Positions 11,355-24,280 of a stretch of 64,000 nucleotides of DNA are shown here, in pieces (the first letter of the stretch is position 1; each line of letters opens with the position of its first letter). Location of the stretch: positions 65,968,001 to 66,032,000 of the forward strand of contig NC_091999.1 in the NCBI RefSeq assembly GCF_044704955.1, written 5' to 3'. The stretch is from Pristiophorus japonicus. Its lineage: Eukaryota. Position numbers and translations under genes: made by a program. Under the pieces are notes generated by a model. It saw nothing but the letters and a program-made list of their open reading frames with translations. It was not told the origin of the DNA and did no database searches.

Positions 11355-14300
11355 ACCTTGCCCCATTCCCAGTGCTTGCCTCCCACAGCCGAAGTGCCTT
11401 ACCCCAATCCCAGTGCATGCCTCCCCCAGCCGAAGTGCCTTAACCTAATCCCAGTGCATGCGTCCACCAGCCGAAGTGCATTACCCCAATCCCAGTACAA
11501 ACCTCCCCCAGCAGAAGGGCTTTACCCCAGTCCCAAGATATGCCTCCCCCAGCAGAAGTGCATTACCCCAGTCCCAATATATGCCTCCCCCAGCTGAATG
11601 CCTTAACCCAATCCCAGTGCAACACCCCACAGCCGAACTGCCTTACCCCAGACACCGTGCTTGCCTCACCCATCAGAAGTGCCTGACCATAGTCCCATTG
11701 CATTTCTCCTCCCGCCAAAGTGTCTTACCACCGTCCCAGTATATGCCTCCCACAGCCGAAGTGCCTTACCCCAGTACTAGTATATGCCTCCCACTGCCAA
11801 AGCGCCTTACTCATGTACCAGTATAAGCGTCCCCCAGCCGAAGTGCCTTACCTCGGTCTCAGTGCAAGCCTTCCCCAACCGAAGACACATACTCCCCAGT
11901 CCCATTATATGCCTCCCCCAGGCCAAGTGGCTTAACCCAGTCCCTGGATATGCCTTCCCCAGCCGAAGTGCCTTAACACAGTCCCAGTGCATGCCTGCCC
12001 CAGCCGAAGTGCCTTACCCCATTCCCAGTGCATGCCTCTTCCAGCTGAAGTGCCTTACCCCAGTCCCAGTGCAGGCCTCCCCCAGCCAACGTGCCTTACC
12101 CCAGTCCCAGTGCATGTCTCCCCGTGCCGATGTGCCTTACCCCAGTCAGAGTGCATGCCTCCCCCAGCCGAAGTGCCCGACCTGAGTCCCATTGCAATTC
12201 TCCCACAGCCGAAGTGTCTTACCTCCATCCAGTATATGCCTCCCACAACCGAAGTGCCTTACCCAAGTATCAATATAAGCCTCCCCCAGCTAAAGTGCCT
12301 TACCCCAGTTCTAGTATATGTCTCCCCCAGGCAAAGTGCCTTACCCCAGTCCTAGTATATGCCTCCCCCAGCTGAAGTGCCTTACCAAAGTTCAAGTGCA
12401 TGCCTCCCCCAGCCGAAGTGCCTTACACCAGTCACAGTGCATGCCTCCCCCACCCAACGTTTATTACCCCAGTCCCAGTGCATGCATCCTCCAGCCGAAG
12501 TGCTTTACCTCAGTCAGAGTGCATGCCTCCCCCAGCCGAAGTGGCTTAATACAGTCCCATTGCATTTCTCCCTCATCCAAAGTGTCTTACCACCGTCCCA
12601 ATATATGCCTCCCACTGCTGAAGTGCCTTACCCCAGTATCAGTATAAGCGTCCCCAAGCCGAATTGCCCTACCTCGATCCTAGTGCAAGCCTCCCCCAAC
12701 TGAAGACACATACTCCCCAGTCTCAGTATGTGCCTCGCCCAGGCAAAGTGCCTTACCCCAGTCCCAGTCTATGTCTCTCCCAGCCGAAGTGCCTTAATCC
12801 AGTCCCATTACATGTCTCCCCCCGCCGAAGTGCTTTACCCCAGTCCCAGTGCTGGCCTCCCGCAGGCGAAGTGCTTTACCCCAGTCCCAGTGCTGGCCTC
12901 CCGCAGGCGAAGTGCCTTACCCCAGTACCAGTGCATATCTCCGCCAGCTGAAGTACCGTTCCCAAGTCCCAGGACATGCCTCCACCAGTCAAAGTGCCTT
13001 AACACAGTCCAAGTGAATGCCTCCCCCAGCCGACTTGCCTTACCCCAGTCCCAGTGCAAGCCTTCCCAGTTGAAGTGCCTTAGCGCAGTCCCAGTGTATG
13101 CCTCCCACAGTTGAAGTGCCTTCCGACTGTCTCACTTTATCTCTCCCCACATTGAAGTGCGTTAGCCGAGTCACAGTGAATCCCTACCAGAGCCGAAGTG
13201 CCTTACCCCAGTCCCACTGTATCCCTCCCCAGTTGAAGTGCCTTACCCCAGTCCCAGTGCATGCCTCCCCCAGCCGACGTGCCTTACGCCTGTTGCAATA
13301 TCTGCCTCCCCCAGCCAAAGTGGCTTTCCCCAGTGCCAGTGCAAACCTCTGCCAGACAAAGTACTCTACCCCAGTCCCAGTATATGCCTCGCACAGCCGA
13401 AGTGCCTTGTCCCAGTCCCAGTGAATGCTTCCCCAAGCCAAAGTGCCTTACCCAGTCCCGGTGTATGTCTGCACCAGTCGAAGTAACTTAGCCCAAACCC
13501 AGTGTATGCCCACTCGAGTTGAAGTGCCTTACACAAGTACTAACTTATCCCTCCTCTCGTTGAAGTGCGTTACCCTAATCCCAGCGTATCCCTCCCCCAG
13601 GCCAAAGTGCCTTACCCCAGTCCCACTCTATCCCTCCCCAGTTAAAGTGCCTTACACAAGTCCCAGTGTATCCCTCCCGCGTTGAAGTGCGTTACCCTGG
13701 TACGAGTAAATCCCTCCCCCAGCCGAAGTGCCTTACCACAGCACCCCGTATCCTTCCCCAGTTGAAGTGCCTTAACCCAGTCCCAGTGCATGACTCCCCC
13801 AGTTGAAATGTCTTACGGCAGTCCCAGTGTATGCCTCCACCAGTTGAAGTGCCTTGCTCCAGTCCAAGTGCACACCTCTGCCAGCCGAAGTCCCTTACAC
13901 CCGTCCGAGTGCATGCCTCCCCCAGCCGAAGTTCCCTACCCCAGTAGCAGTATATGGCTCCCCGGGACGAAGTGCCTTACCCTATTCCCGTGCTTGTCTC
14001 CCACAGCTGTAGTTCCTTATCCCAGTCCCAGTTTATGCCTCCAAAGTTGGAGTGCCTTATTCCAGATCCAATGAATCCCTCCCTCAGTTGAAGTAACTTT
14101 CCTCCAGTCCCAGTGTATCCCTCCCCAGCCGATGTGACTTACCCCAGACCCAATGTATCCCTCCCCCAGTTGAAGTGCCTTACCCCAGTCCCAGTGCATG
14201 CCTCACCAAGTTGAAGTGTCTGACTCCAGTCCGAATGTTATCGTCCCCCAGTTGAAGTGCCTTACCACAGTGCCAGTGTAACCCTCCCCCTGTTGAAGTG

Positions 14301-17300
14301 CCTTACCCTGGTCCAGTGTATCCCTGCCCCAGTTGAAGTATCTTACTCCTGTCCCAGTGTATCCTCCCCCAGCTGAAGTGCCTTATCACAGTCGCAGTGC
14401 AACCCTCCCCAAGTCAAACTGCCTTACCCCAGTCCCAGTGCATGCCTCCTCCAGCTGAAGTGCCTTCCCGCAGACCGAGGGCAACTGCCCTCAGGTGACG
14501 TGCCTTTCCCAAGTCCCAGTGCATGCCTCCCCCAGCCGAAGTGCCCTACCCTAGTCCCAGTGCATTTCTCCCCCCTCCGAAGTGTCTTACCACCGTCCCA
14601 GTATATTCCTACCACAGCCGAATTGCCTTACCAGATTACCAGTATCAGCCTTCCCCAGACGAAGTACTTTACTGCATCCCAGAGCAAACCTGGCCCAGCC
14701 GACCTGCCTTAATTAAGCCCCAGTGCATGCCTCCCCTAGCCGAGGTGCCTTACCCCAGTCACAATATATGCCTCCGCCAGTTGAAGTGCCTTACCCCAGT
14801 TCCAGTGAATGGCTCCCGCAAAGGAAGTGATTTAGCCCAATCCCAGTGTATGACTCTACCAGTTGAAGTGCCATACCACAGTCCCAGTGTATCCCTTACC
14901 CCATTGAAGAGCGTTACCCCAGTCGCAGTGTATACCTACTTGAGCCGAAGTGCCTTAGCCCAGTCAAACTATATCCCTCCCCCGCTGAAGTACCGTACCC
15001 CAGTCCCAGTGCAAGCCTCCCCCTGCCAAAGTGCCTTCCACCAGTCCCAATGAATGCCTCCCCAAGGCAAAGTGCTTTAACCCAGTCCCAGTGTATGCCT
15101 CCCCCAGTTGAAGTGCCTTACATAAGTCCCAGTGTATCCCTCCCCCTGTTGAAGTGCCTTTCCCCAGTCCCAGTGTTTCCCTCCCCAGTTGAAGTGCCTT
15201 ACACTAGTCCCAGTGTATACTTCACCTAGTTGAAGTGCCTTTCTCCAATTGCATTGCTTGCCTTCCCCAGTTGAAGTGCCTTACCCCAGCATGAGTGTAT
15301 CCCTCCCCAGCCGAAGTGCCTTACCCCTGTCCAAGTGTATCCCTCCCCAAATTGAAGTGCCTTACCTCAGTCCCACTGCATGCCTCCCCCAGCCAAAGTG
15401 CCTTACCCGAGTCCCAGTGTATGCCTCCCCCAGTTGAAGTGTCTTACATAAGACCCAGTGTATCCCTCCACCTGTTGAAGTGCGTTACCCCATTCGCAGT
15501 GTATCCTTCCCCGAGCAGAAGTTCCTTAGCCCAGTCCGACTCTACCCTCCCCAGCCGAAGTGCCTTACCCAGTCCGAGTATATGCCACCCCCAGCCAAAG
15601 TGCCTTACACCAGTCCCAGTGTGTCCCTCCCCAGATGACGTGCCTTACCCCAGTCCCAGTGCATGCCTCCACCAGTTGAAGTGCCTTTCTCAAGTCCGAG
15701 TGCACACCTCTGCCAGCCGAAGTCCCTTACACCCGTGCCAGTGCATGCCTCTCCCAGCCAAAGTACCTTTTCCCAGTCCCAGTATATGCCTCCACCAACC
15801 AAAGTGCCTAAAACCAATCGCAGTTTATGTCTATCCCAGCCAAAGTGCCTTACCCCAGTCCCAGTGCACACCTCGCCCTTCCGAAGTGCCTTACTCCAGT
15901 CCCAGTGCACACCTCCCCCAGCCGAAGTGCCTTACCCAAGTCCCGTGCATGCATTCCCCAGCCGAAGTGCCTTGCCCCAGTCTGAGTGCATGCCACCCCC
16001 AGCCAAAGTAGTTTACCCCAGTCGCAGTGCATGCCTTACCAGCCAAAATACCTTACCATTGTCCCAGTGCATGCCTCCCGCAGCCTAAGTGCCTTTCCCT
16101 AATCCCAGTATATGCCTTCCCCAGCCGAAGTGGCTTACCCCATTCCAGTGCATGCCTCCCCCAGCCGTCGTGCCTTACGCCAGTCACAGTGTATTCCTCC
16201 ACTAGTTGAAGTGCCTTAGCCCAGTCACAGTTTATGCCTCCCCCATTTGAAGTGACTTATTCCAGACCCAGTGTATCCATCCCACAGTTGAAGTGCCTTT
16301 CCTCCAGTCTGAATGTATCGCTCCCCCAGTTGAAGTGCCTTACCCCAGTCCCAGTGCATGCCGCGATTAGTTGAAGTGTCTTACTCCAGTATCAGCGTTC
16401 GCATCCCCCAGTTGACGTGCCTTACCCCAGTGCCAGTGTATCCCTCCCACAGTTGAAGTGTCTTACCCCGGTCCAGTTTATCCCTGCCCCAGTTGAAGTA
16501 TCTTACCCCAGTCCCAGTATATGCCTCCCCAGCCGTAGTGCCTTACCCCAGTCCCAGGATATCCCTCCCCCAGTTCAAGTGCCTTAGACCTGTCCCGGTT
16601 TAAGCCTCCCACAGTTGAAGTGCCTTTCCTCCAGTCACAGTGTATCGCTCCCCAGCCGAAATGCCTCAGCGCAGTCCCAGGGAATCCCTCCCCCAGTTTA
16701 AGTAGCTTACCCCATTCCCAATGTTTGCCTCCCCCAGTTGAAGTATCTTACCCCAGTGCCAGTGTATCCCTCCCATAGTTGAAGTGTCTTACCCCGGTCC
16801 AGTTTATCCCTGTCCCAGTTGAAGTATCTTACCCCAGTCCCAGTATATGCCTCCCCAGCCGTAGTGCCTTGTCACAGTCCCAGTGTATCCCTCCCCAGTT
16901 GAAGTGCCTTACCCCAGTCCAAATGTATGCTTCCCTCAGTTGAAGCGCCTTACCTCAGTGCAAGTGTATCCCTCCCCAGTTGAAGTGCCTGACACCAGTC
17001 CCAGTGTGTACTTCCCCCAGTTGAAGTGCCTTACTGCACTTGCAGTGTATGCCTTCCACAGTTGAAGTGCCTTACCCCAGTCTGAGTGTATCCCTCCCCA
17101 GCCGAAGTGCCTTACCCCAGTCCAAGTGTATCCCTCACCCAGTTGAAGTGCCTTATCCCAGTCCCAGTGCATGCCTCCCCCAGTTGAAGTGCATTATTCA
17201 AGTCCCAATGTATCCCTCCCACAGTTGAAATTCGTTACCCCAGTCCCAGTGTATCCCTCCGCGGCCAAAGTGACTTACCCCAGTGCCAGTGTATCCCTCC

Positions 17301-17860
17301 CCCAGTTGAAGTGCCTTACCCCAGTCCCACTGTATGCCTCCCCCAGTTGAAGAGCCTTGTTCCAGTCCCATTGTAACCTTCCCACAGTTGATGTGCCTTA
17401 CCCCAGTCCCAGTCTATCCCTCGTGAGCCGAAGTGCCTTACCCCAGTCCAGTCTATCCCTCCCCCAGTTGAAGTGCCTGACCCCAGTCCCAGTCCACGCC
17501 TCCTCCAGTTGAATAGCCTTACCCCAGTCCCAGTCTATGCCTCCCCCAGTTGAAGTACCTAACCCCAGTTGCAGTGTATGCCTCCACCAGTTGAAGTGCC
17601 TTACCCCAGTCCGATTGTATTCCTCCACAGCCGAAGTGCCTTACCCCACTCCAAGTGTATCCCTCCCCCAGTTGAAGTGCCTTCCCCCAGTGCCAGTGCA
17701 AGCCTCCCCCAGTTGGAGTGCCTTACACAAGTCCCAGTATATGCCTCTCCCAGTTGAAGTGCTATCCGCAGTGCCAGTGTACCACTCCCCCAGTTGAAGT
17801 GCCTTACCCGAGTCCCAGTGTCTGCCTTCCCCAGCTGAAGTGACTCACGCCAGTCCTATT
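11355..17860 (+). repeat. 41-bp C-rich satellite, about 6.5 kb, roughly 155-160 copies
   Basis: Unit ccccagtcccagtgcatgcctcccccagccgaagtgcctta; period checked at 11391/11432. Confidence 0.97.
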
Positions 17861-17879
17861 TCTCTGCATACCTGCATGG

Positions 17880-18310
17880 AATGATTCGGGCCAGGAGGGG
17901 GCGTGGCTTGCCGCTTTTCAATCACAAAGTGCAGAAACAATAGTTTCCTGGGTTAATAAACCCGGGGAGTGAGAGGGGTCACTCACCCCGAGTGCGGGCC
18001 CAGGCCCGAGAGACAATATTCCGCACCATCCGTATCACACACACCCGGGCTCGTCGCCAGGCCCCGAATCACAGCCTGCAGACCGTGTGTTTACCCACCG
18101 GTTACAGGCACGATCGCCATTTTTGTCAGGGTGGAATGTGGGAGAGCGGGCTCAGCGGCCGCCATACTGGTCAGGGTGGAGGGTGGGAGAGCGGGCTCAG
18201 CGGCCGCCATCTTGGTCAGGGCGGGGCTCGCGGCAGATTCTTGGCTTTTTCGGCAGGGACAATGAGTGGGCTGGGCTTCAGGGAGCCTGTCAGTTGTAAC
18301 CAGTTCAATG
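17880..18310 (+). promoter_or_regulatory. CpG-island promoter with a 45-bp triplicated YY1 motif
   Basis: CGCCAT at 18115, 18160 and 18205, followed by the cagggacaatgagtggg...gcttcaggg block shared with 45550, 49940 and 57870. Confidence 0.68.
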
Positions 18311-18354
18311 GCCCCTGAAAAGGATCTTCTTGTGCTTATTGTTACCTGGTGATT

Positions 18355-18840
18355 CTGGGCCAGCCCGACTCACCATATTGAGCCAGCCTGGGCTCACCCT
18401 ATTGGGCCAGTCTGGGCTGACCCTATTGGTTCAGCCCGGGCTCACCCTATTGGGCCAGCCCCGCTTACCCTATTAGGCCAGCATAGGCTCACCGTGTTGG
18501 GCCAGTACGGGTTACCCTATTGTTCCAAACTAGACTCACCCGATTGGTCCAGCCCAGGATCTCACTATTGGGCCAGCATGGGCTCATCCCATTTGGCAAG
18601 CATGCGTTGACCTTTTTGGGCCACACGGCCTCACCCTATTGCGCCTGCACAGGCTCACCCTATTGTGCCATCCCAGTCTCACACTATTGGGCCAGCCCGG
18701 GCTCACCTTATTAGGCCAGCACGGGCTCACCCTATTGGACCACTCAATTGCACTCTTTTGGGCCAGCCAAGGCTCAGCCTACTGGCCATCCCGGGCACAC
18801 CTTACTGGGGCAGTACGGGATCACCCTATTGGGCCAGCAC
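18355..18840 (+). repeat. 24-bp minisatellite, about 20 copies
   Basis: Unit gggctcaccctattgggccagccc. Confidence 0.92.
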
Positions 18841-18934
18841 AGAAGACCCAGTGCCCAGCAGAGAGAATCAGTCGCTCATTGATTTTATTCTCACTCTGCG
18901 CACAACGGTTGCAGAACTGAACCCAACGTTGTAA

Positions 18935-19049
18935 ACTGGAAATGCATTGCCACAGTCAGATTGGGGAGAGGACGTTCACCTGCTCTGAGTGTGGGAAGTG
19001 ATTCACTCAGTCATCCAACCTGCTGACACACCAGCGAGTTTACAAGTGA
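18935..19049 (+). pseudogene. C2H2 ZNF remnant (1.5 fingers) followed by the ZNF 3'UTR
   Basis: [36 protein letters not shown]. Confidence 0.85.
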
Positions 19050-19619
19050 CTGCAGGTGTTAGATTCTGCTGTTATTGCCGTTGTTGATGGCATTCTGACT
19101 GAATCATATTTGTTGTATTGGTTGGAATTTGTTTCTGCTGATGTGAATAACCCCTGTAACAGGGCTGGAGTATAATATTTTGTTTTTTTAAAGAACAGAG
19201 TATGTCGATATTTGATGTCTCCAAGATAAGAGTGGACTAAGTTATTTCCTGTTACCGACTGCACCATTTTCTGCATTTTCTCCTTTCTAAATCTAGATTA
19301 TTTCAGTCTCATATCTTCGGTTACTCGAAGGGCCATGTCCCAGTTCCTTTTCCTTTCCAGAGTACCTTTCCTTGCCTTGGTATCGAGCAAAGGTGTCAGA
19401 AACACGCACGGGATAACTAAACACAAAACCGAGTCTCTTAATCACTTTCAGATACTGGACTTAGTGTGTGCCCCACAGCATCTCTCTCTAAACCAATCAC
19501 ATCAAATAATTGCCAAAGTTTTAAAATCAACGAGATGAAAAAGTAAACACATCACAGCCTAAAAACCTAGCTCTATATTCACAGGAGGAAATCTGTTATC
19601 TTACGCCTCGAATGTCAAT

Positions 19620-19903
19620 TGGTGAGATGAGCGACTGAATCACTTTACACGTGCAACAGCATCCATTCCCACTGTCCCCACATTTACAGTGTTGAGTCAG
19701 GTGGACGCACGAGTCTCACAGGCTGAACGATCGGTTGAAGGTACATCCACACACAGAACATGTGTCCTGCTTCTCCCCGCTGCGATTGGTGCTTTTACAA
19801 AGTCTCACGATAAGATAATCCTGGTCAATCCAGGGAATCTGTCAAATCTTGACGTGATGTCTGGTTTGAGTTTCCCAGCTGCAGATCCTCCTCTTCTAAT
19901 ACC
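19620..19903 (-). pseudogene. Degenerate minus-strand ZNF exon
   Basis: tttgcAG|ggtattagaagaggaggat exon start shared by the ZNF copies, then decayed SGEK-CSVC and CGDSG motifs. Confidence 0.7.
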
Positions 19904-20149
19904 CTGCAAATGATGGTTACAAACGTTGTAACTTTAAGTAAACGATTGAAATTCAGAACAGATTATTCCAGATTCTGCAAAACATCCTGTCCTCTCCTGT
20001 CCCCCCTAAGCTGGAAATTCCTTATTCAAGACTCTCCCCTCTTTCCTCACTCTCTAAAATCAACATTACTTTCATCACCTGAGATTTATTCTCTCCAAAA
20101 ACTGCTTAATCTGGCTGGGTGCAATTCCACAGATATTAGAAAACCTCTC

Positions 20150-20420
20150 GTGCCTCACCGCCAGTCGACACAGTGAGTTCCAGCAGTATTTCCACTGCGG
20201 TAGGCATCACAGCCTCAAATCCTGTCCTCAAATAACATCCCACACTTCCCAGTTGCAGTCACTTGATCGGCCTGAAGAGCAGGGGCAGTGGCTGATTTTT
20301 ACTATTATTTAGCCCAATGGTACTGAGGACAATTATAACCCCTGAAGTGCTGCCTTGGCTGAGGTCAACCAACAGCCCAGATCAAGGATTGAACTTGGGA
20401 CCTTCCCAGTCAGTATTGTC
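20150..20420 (-). mobile_element. Old tRNA-derived SINE-like element
   Basis: B-box-like aggtcccaagttcaatcc on the minus strand; related copies at 47290-47470 and 49050-49290. Confidence 0.5.
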
Positions 20421-20907
20421 ATGTTCTAAAATCTGGGGGTTGGGAAATCGTTAGAACAGTATATTTTGAAACAAATGTTACTCTACCTTTAAATGAAACC
20501 TTCGTCACACTGCACAATACTGGACTCTTTCCAAATTATAGAATTGGATCATCAAAATCAGTGAGTCATTTTAGAAATGCTCAAGTCACTGAAATGGACA
20601 GCTTTACAATCACTGCACAGTACAGAACGGAGCGACTGTCAATGGGAGCTCGGTTAGTGATGTCCTCCGACACCCCAAGATAAACTGGACAGTCCCTTTA
20701 ACGATAAAGACGCAGAGAAAGGGGAGCCCCTGTCCCTTTAAATATCTGCCCATTCCCCCAGGCAGTGGGAGGAGGAACTGCGCACGGTCTCTTTCGATCC
20801 TACCCAGCAAGCACCGCCGGATGCGCTGCCGCAGGGTCCTAAAATCGACATCGTAAAAACGGTGGGTTGAGCAGAACAACTGAAAAGGGCACACACAGAG
20901 TCTTTGC

Positions 20908-20948
20908 TATATATATATATATATTTGTGTGTGTGTGTGTGTGTGTGT
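20908..20948. repeat. (TA)n(TG)n microsatellite
   Basis: Directly visible. Confidence 0.95.
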
Positions 20949-21699
20949 AAACAAAACACGAGACTCCTAATGTTTGCTAGTCAATTCCACAGAGATACAT
21001 TATTATCTGCACCAATTATTTTCCAACAATTTATTTCCATTTTGTTTACAATGCAATTGCGAGGTGTTTAACACCTTTACCATTTATTGATAACACATTG
21101 TCTTGTGTGCTCTTGTTCAGAACTTGACTTCACACTGACCATTCTGTTACAAGGTGACCATGTTTTCTGCAGTAATCAGTGGGAAAGCTGATTAAATCAC
21201 ATCGAGGATAATGAGCAGCCCCGCACCCCCCCCTCCCCGCCGTCTCTGCGCTTTATTGTCCAGTGATCATCGCACCGTCACACAGAAGCTCCTGAGGTTT
21301 ACCTCCCGTCTTGATTATTGATATAAGTGATGGTAAAAATGAAATTGTATGGGTGAAAGAGGAGCTGGGGTGAGGAGTTGTATTTAGAGAGGCAGTTGAA
21401 GAGTCCGGGTGAAGGAGGTGCATGAGTGAAGGGGATTTACTGAAATTAATCACCTCTGTTGTGCTATTATGGGGTTCATTTTTACTTTAAAATGTTTAGA
21501 ATTGCGTGTTTCACTGAAGTTAAATGCGGGGCAGCAGTTACTTGTGGGCACTGCGTTGTTTCTTTTGAATTAATGTGGACCGTGTTAATTGGGAATAGAC
21601 TGAGTGGGATCATTCTGTGCTGAATGAAATGCTGGGCTGCGGGTTTGCACTCAGTCCCAGTGACGAGGTGCTTTTGACAACAAATCCAAAAATTACTCG

Positions 21700-21892
21700 C
21701 ATTGTGACACCAAATCCAGGGACCACTTACACTGAGACACCAGATCCAGGGAGCACTTACACTGTGACACGAAATCCTTCGATCAGTTACACTGAGACAC
21801 CAAATCCAGGAAGCACTTACACTGTGACACGAAATCCTTCGATCAGTTACACTGAGGCACCAATTCCAGGGATCATTTACACTGAGACTACA
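21700..21892 (+). repeat. 30-bp minisatellite with a 60-bp dimer structure
   Basis: acttacactgagacaccaaatccaggg units alternate with acactgtgacacgaaatccttcgatcag units. Confidence 0.88.
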
Positions 21893-22099
21893 AAATTACA
21901 TAGGATATACGACACAGAAATGGGCCATTCCGAATAACCAGTCCATGCTGGCGTTTGTGCACCATTCAGGAATTAGAAAGCAACAGTGTGGGCAACAATC
22001 ATGATGGTGAAATCAGCTCGAGTGAGGGTAAAAGCTGAGTAATGGATGAAGATATGACGGTGGAATCACATGGTGACTGATGGGGCCTGGTACAGGTAC

Positions 22100-22830
22100 A
22101 TATGAAGTTGGAACAGGAGTCGGCCACCTGGCCCCTCATGGCTGATCTGATCATGGACTCGGCTCCACTTCCCTGCCTGCTCCCCATAACACATTATTCC
22201 CTTATTGCTGAAATATATTCAATGACCTAGACTCCACTGCTCTCTGGGGCAGAGAATTCCACTGATTTACAACACTCCGAGAGAAGAAATTCCTCCTCAT
22301 CTCAGTTTTAAATGGGCGGCCCCTTATTCTGAGACTTTGCCTCCAATTTTAGTTCCCCCTATGAGTGGAAATATCCTCTCTGCATGCAAATTGTCGAGCT
22401 TCCTCATTATCCTATATATTTCAATACGATCACCTCTCATTCTTCTGACCTCCAATGAGATTAGACCAAACCTACTCAACCTATTTTCATAAGTCAATCA
22501 CCACATCACTGCAATCAACCTAGTGAACTTTCTCTCAACCGCCTCCAATGCAAGTATATTCCTCCTTAAATACGGAGGTGAAAACTGTATGCAGTACTCT
22601 TGGTTTGGATTCACCAATACCTTGTACAGTTGTCGCAGGACTTCTCAGCTTTTCTAATCCATCCCCCTTGCAATAAATCCAACATTCCATTTGCCTTCCT
22701 AATTACTTGCTGTACCTGCATACTAACGTTTTGTGTTTCATACACAAGGATCCCCAACTCACTCTGTATTGCAGCACTTTATAATTTTTCTCCATTTAAA
22801 TTATAATTTGCTTTTCGTTTTTTTTCAATT
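22100..22830 (-). mobile_element. CR1 3' fragment
   Basis: Reverse complement of the CR1 RT C-terminus and 3'UTR. Confidence 0.9.
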
Positions 22831-23127
22831 TTGTAAAAGTTTATTGTCAGAAGCACTTTTCAGACAGGCTGATAATTTGATTTAACCAGCGCAGAAAACG
22901 TATCCGTCTGTTCTTGTTCCAAAATACCAAAATCTAATGTCCCTAATTAAATGTACGGTGAGATTTGTAGAGAAGGGAGGAAATGAGGCTTGCAGGAAAG
23001 AAGGTTCTTTGAATGAACAGTTTGTGAGGCAGTTTTGTGACTCGTCTGCATGAGGTTAAAGGCATGAAATGGAAAAGGACACGTCCAGTGACACTTATAT
23101 TGTCAATAATGGTTTCTATGTTAATTA

Positions 23128-23660
23128 CTCATCATCATAGGCAGTTCCTCGGAATCAAGGAATACTTGCTTCTACTCCTGTAGTGAGTTCTTTGGTGGCT
23201 GAACAGTCCAATATGAGAGCCACTGACTTGTCACAGATGGGACAGTTGGTCGTTGAGGGAACAGTTGGATGGGACTGGTTTGTACACGCTCTTTCTGCTG
23301 CCTGCACTTGATTTCTGCATGTTCTCGGTGTTGAGATCGAGGTGTTCTGAGAATTACTATCTCCTAACCCTTAACATCATCATCATTGACAATCCCTCGA
23401 AAATGAGGAAGAATTGCTTCCACTCTAAAAGTGAGTTCTCAGGTGATTGTACAGTGCAATATAGGAATTATAGTCACTGTCACTGGTGGGACAGTCAGTC
23501 GTTGATGGAAAGTCTGGGTGAGGAGTCTGGTTTGCCAGATACTCCTTCCGCGACCTTCGATTGTTTTCTGCATGCTCTCGGCGATGAGACTCGAGGTGTT
23601 CAGCGCCCTCCTGGATGCTCTTCCTCCACTTAGGGTGGTCTTTGGCCAGGGATTCCAAGG
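23128..23660 (-). mobile_element. Two tandem RTE 3' ends
   Basis: (TGA)n tails near 23130 and 23376; ESLAKDHPKWRKSIQEGAEHLE...HLRTHF. Confidence 0.85.
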
Positions 23661-24280
23661 TTCCTAATTTCTTATTGACTATCCCAACCACTAACCCCAA
23701 TCCGAACAAATAACCACAACCACTAAACCCTAAATCCGCACCCAAACCCAGTCCCTAACCAAAGGTTGTTCACAGCGATCAGTGGAGGTGCGAAAAACAC
23801 GATAATGGAAGTAATTAAACAATTATCTTTATTCAAGAAATACTGCAAGCAATGTTAGCAACAAGAAATTATATCAACAAAACTATTAAATCAGGAAAGA
23901 CAGTAACAAAGATCACACATTTCAAAGACGATTACATATAGTATCCACATTCAAAAAGCGTTAAACAATAGAGACAATAATAGATTTCCAGTCTTAAGCA
24001 ACATAGTTCTTTCACTGGTTGGTTGAAAGGAACGCCAAATGAGTGTAATGTGAAACACTCCGGTTCAGTTTATGACACCCACTAGCCGTATACTCAAAGA
24101 GAACAACGTTGGGATTTAATATCATAAAAGATCAACTGGGTGAGAAGTGAAATAATCGAATGTAAGAAAAGGCCCAAAATGGAATAGTCGGTAACAGAAC
24201 ATGAATTAGTTATTATTATGGAGAAATCAAACATTCGAAACACTGTGCTTGAAACAAGCTGATTTATTCAATATTTGTAG

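Noticed and set aside
11358-17797. Dozens of Pro/Cys-rich ORFs resembling keratin-associated or extensin-like proteins
   Set aside because: They result from a 41-bp unit cycling through frames; indels and stops are frequent and no frame is maintained.
20380-20420. tRNA gene
   Set aside because: Only a B-box-like motif with no cloverleaf; it fits a SINE head better.
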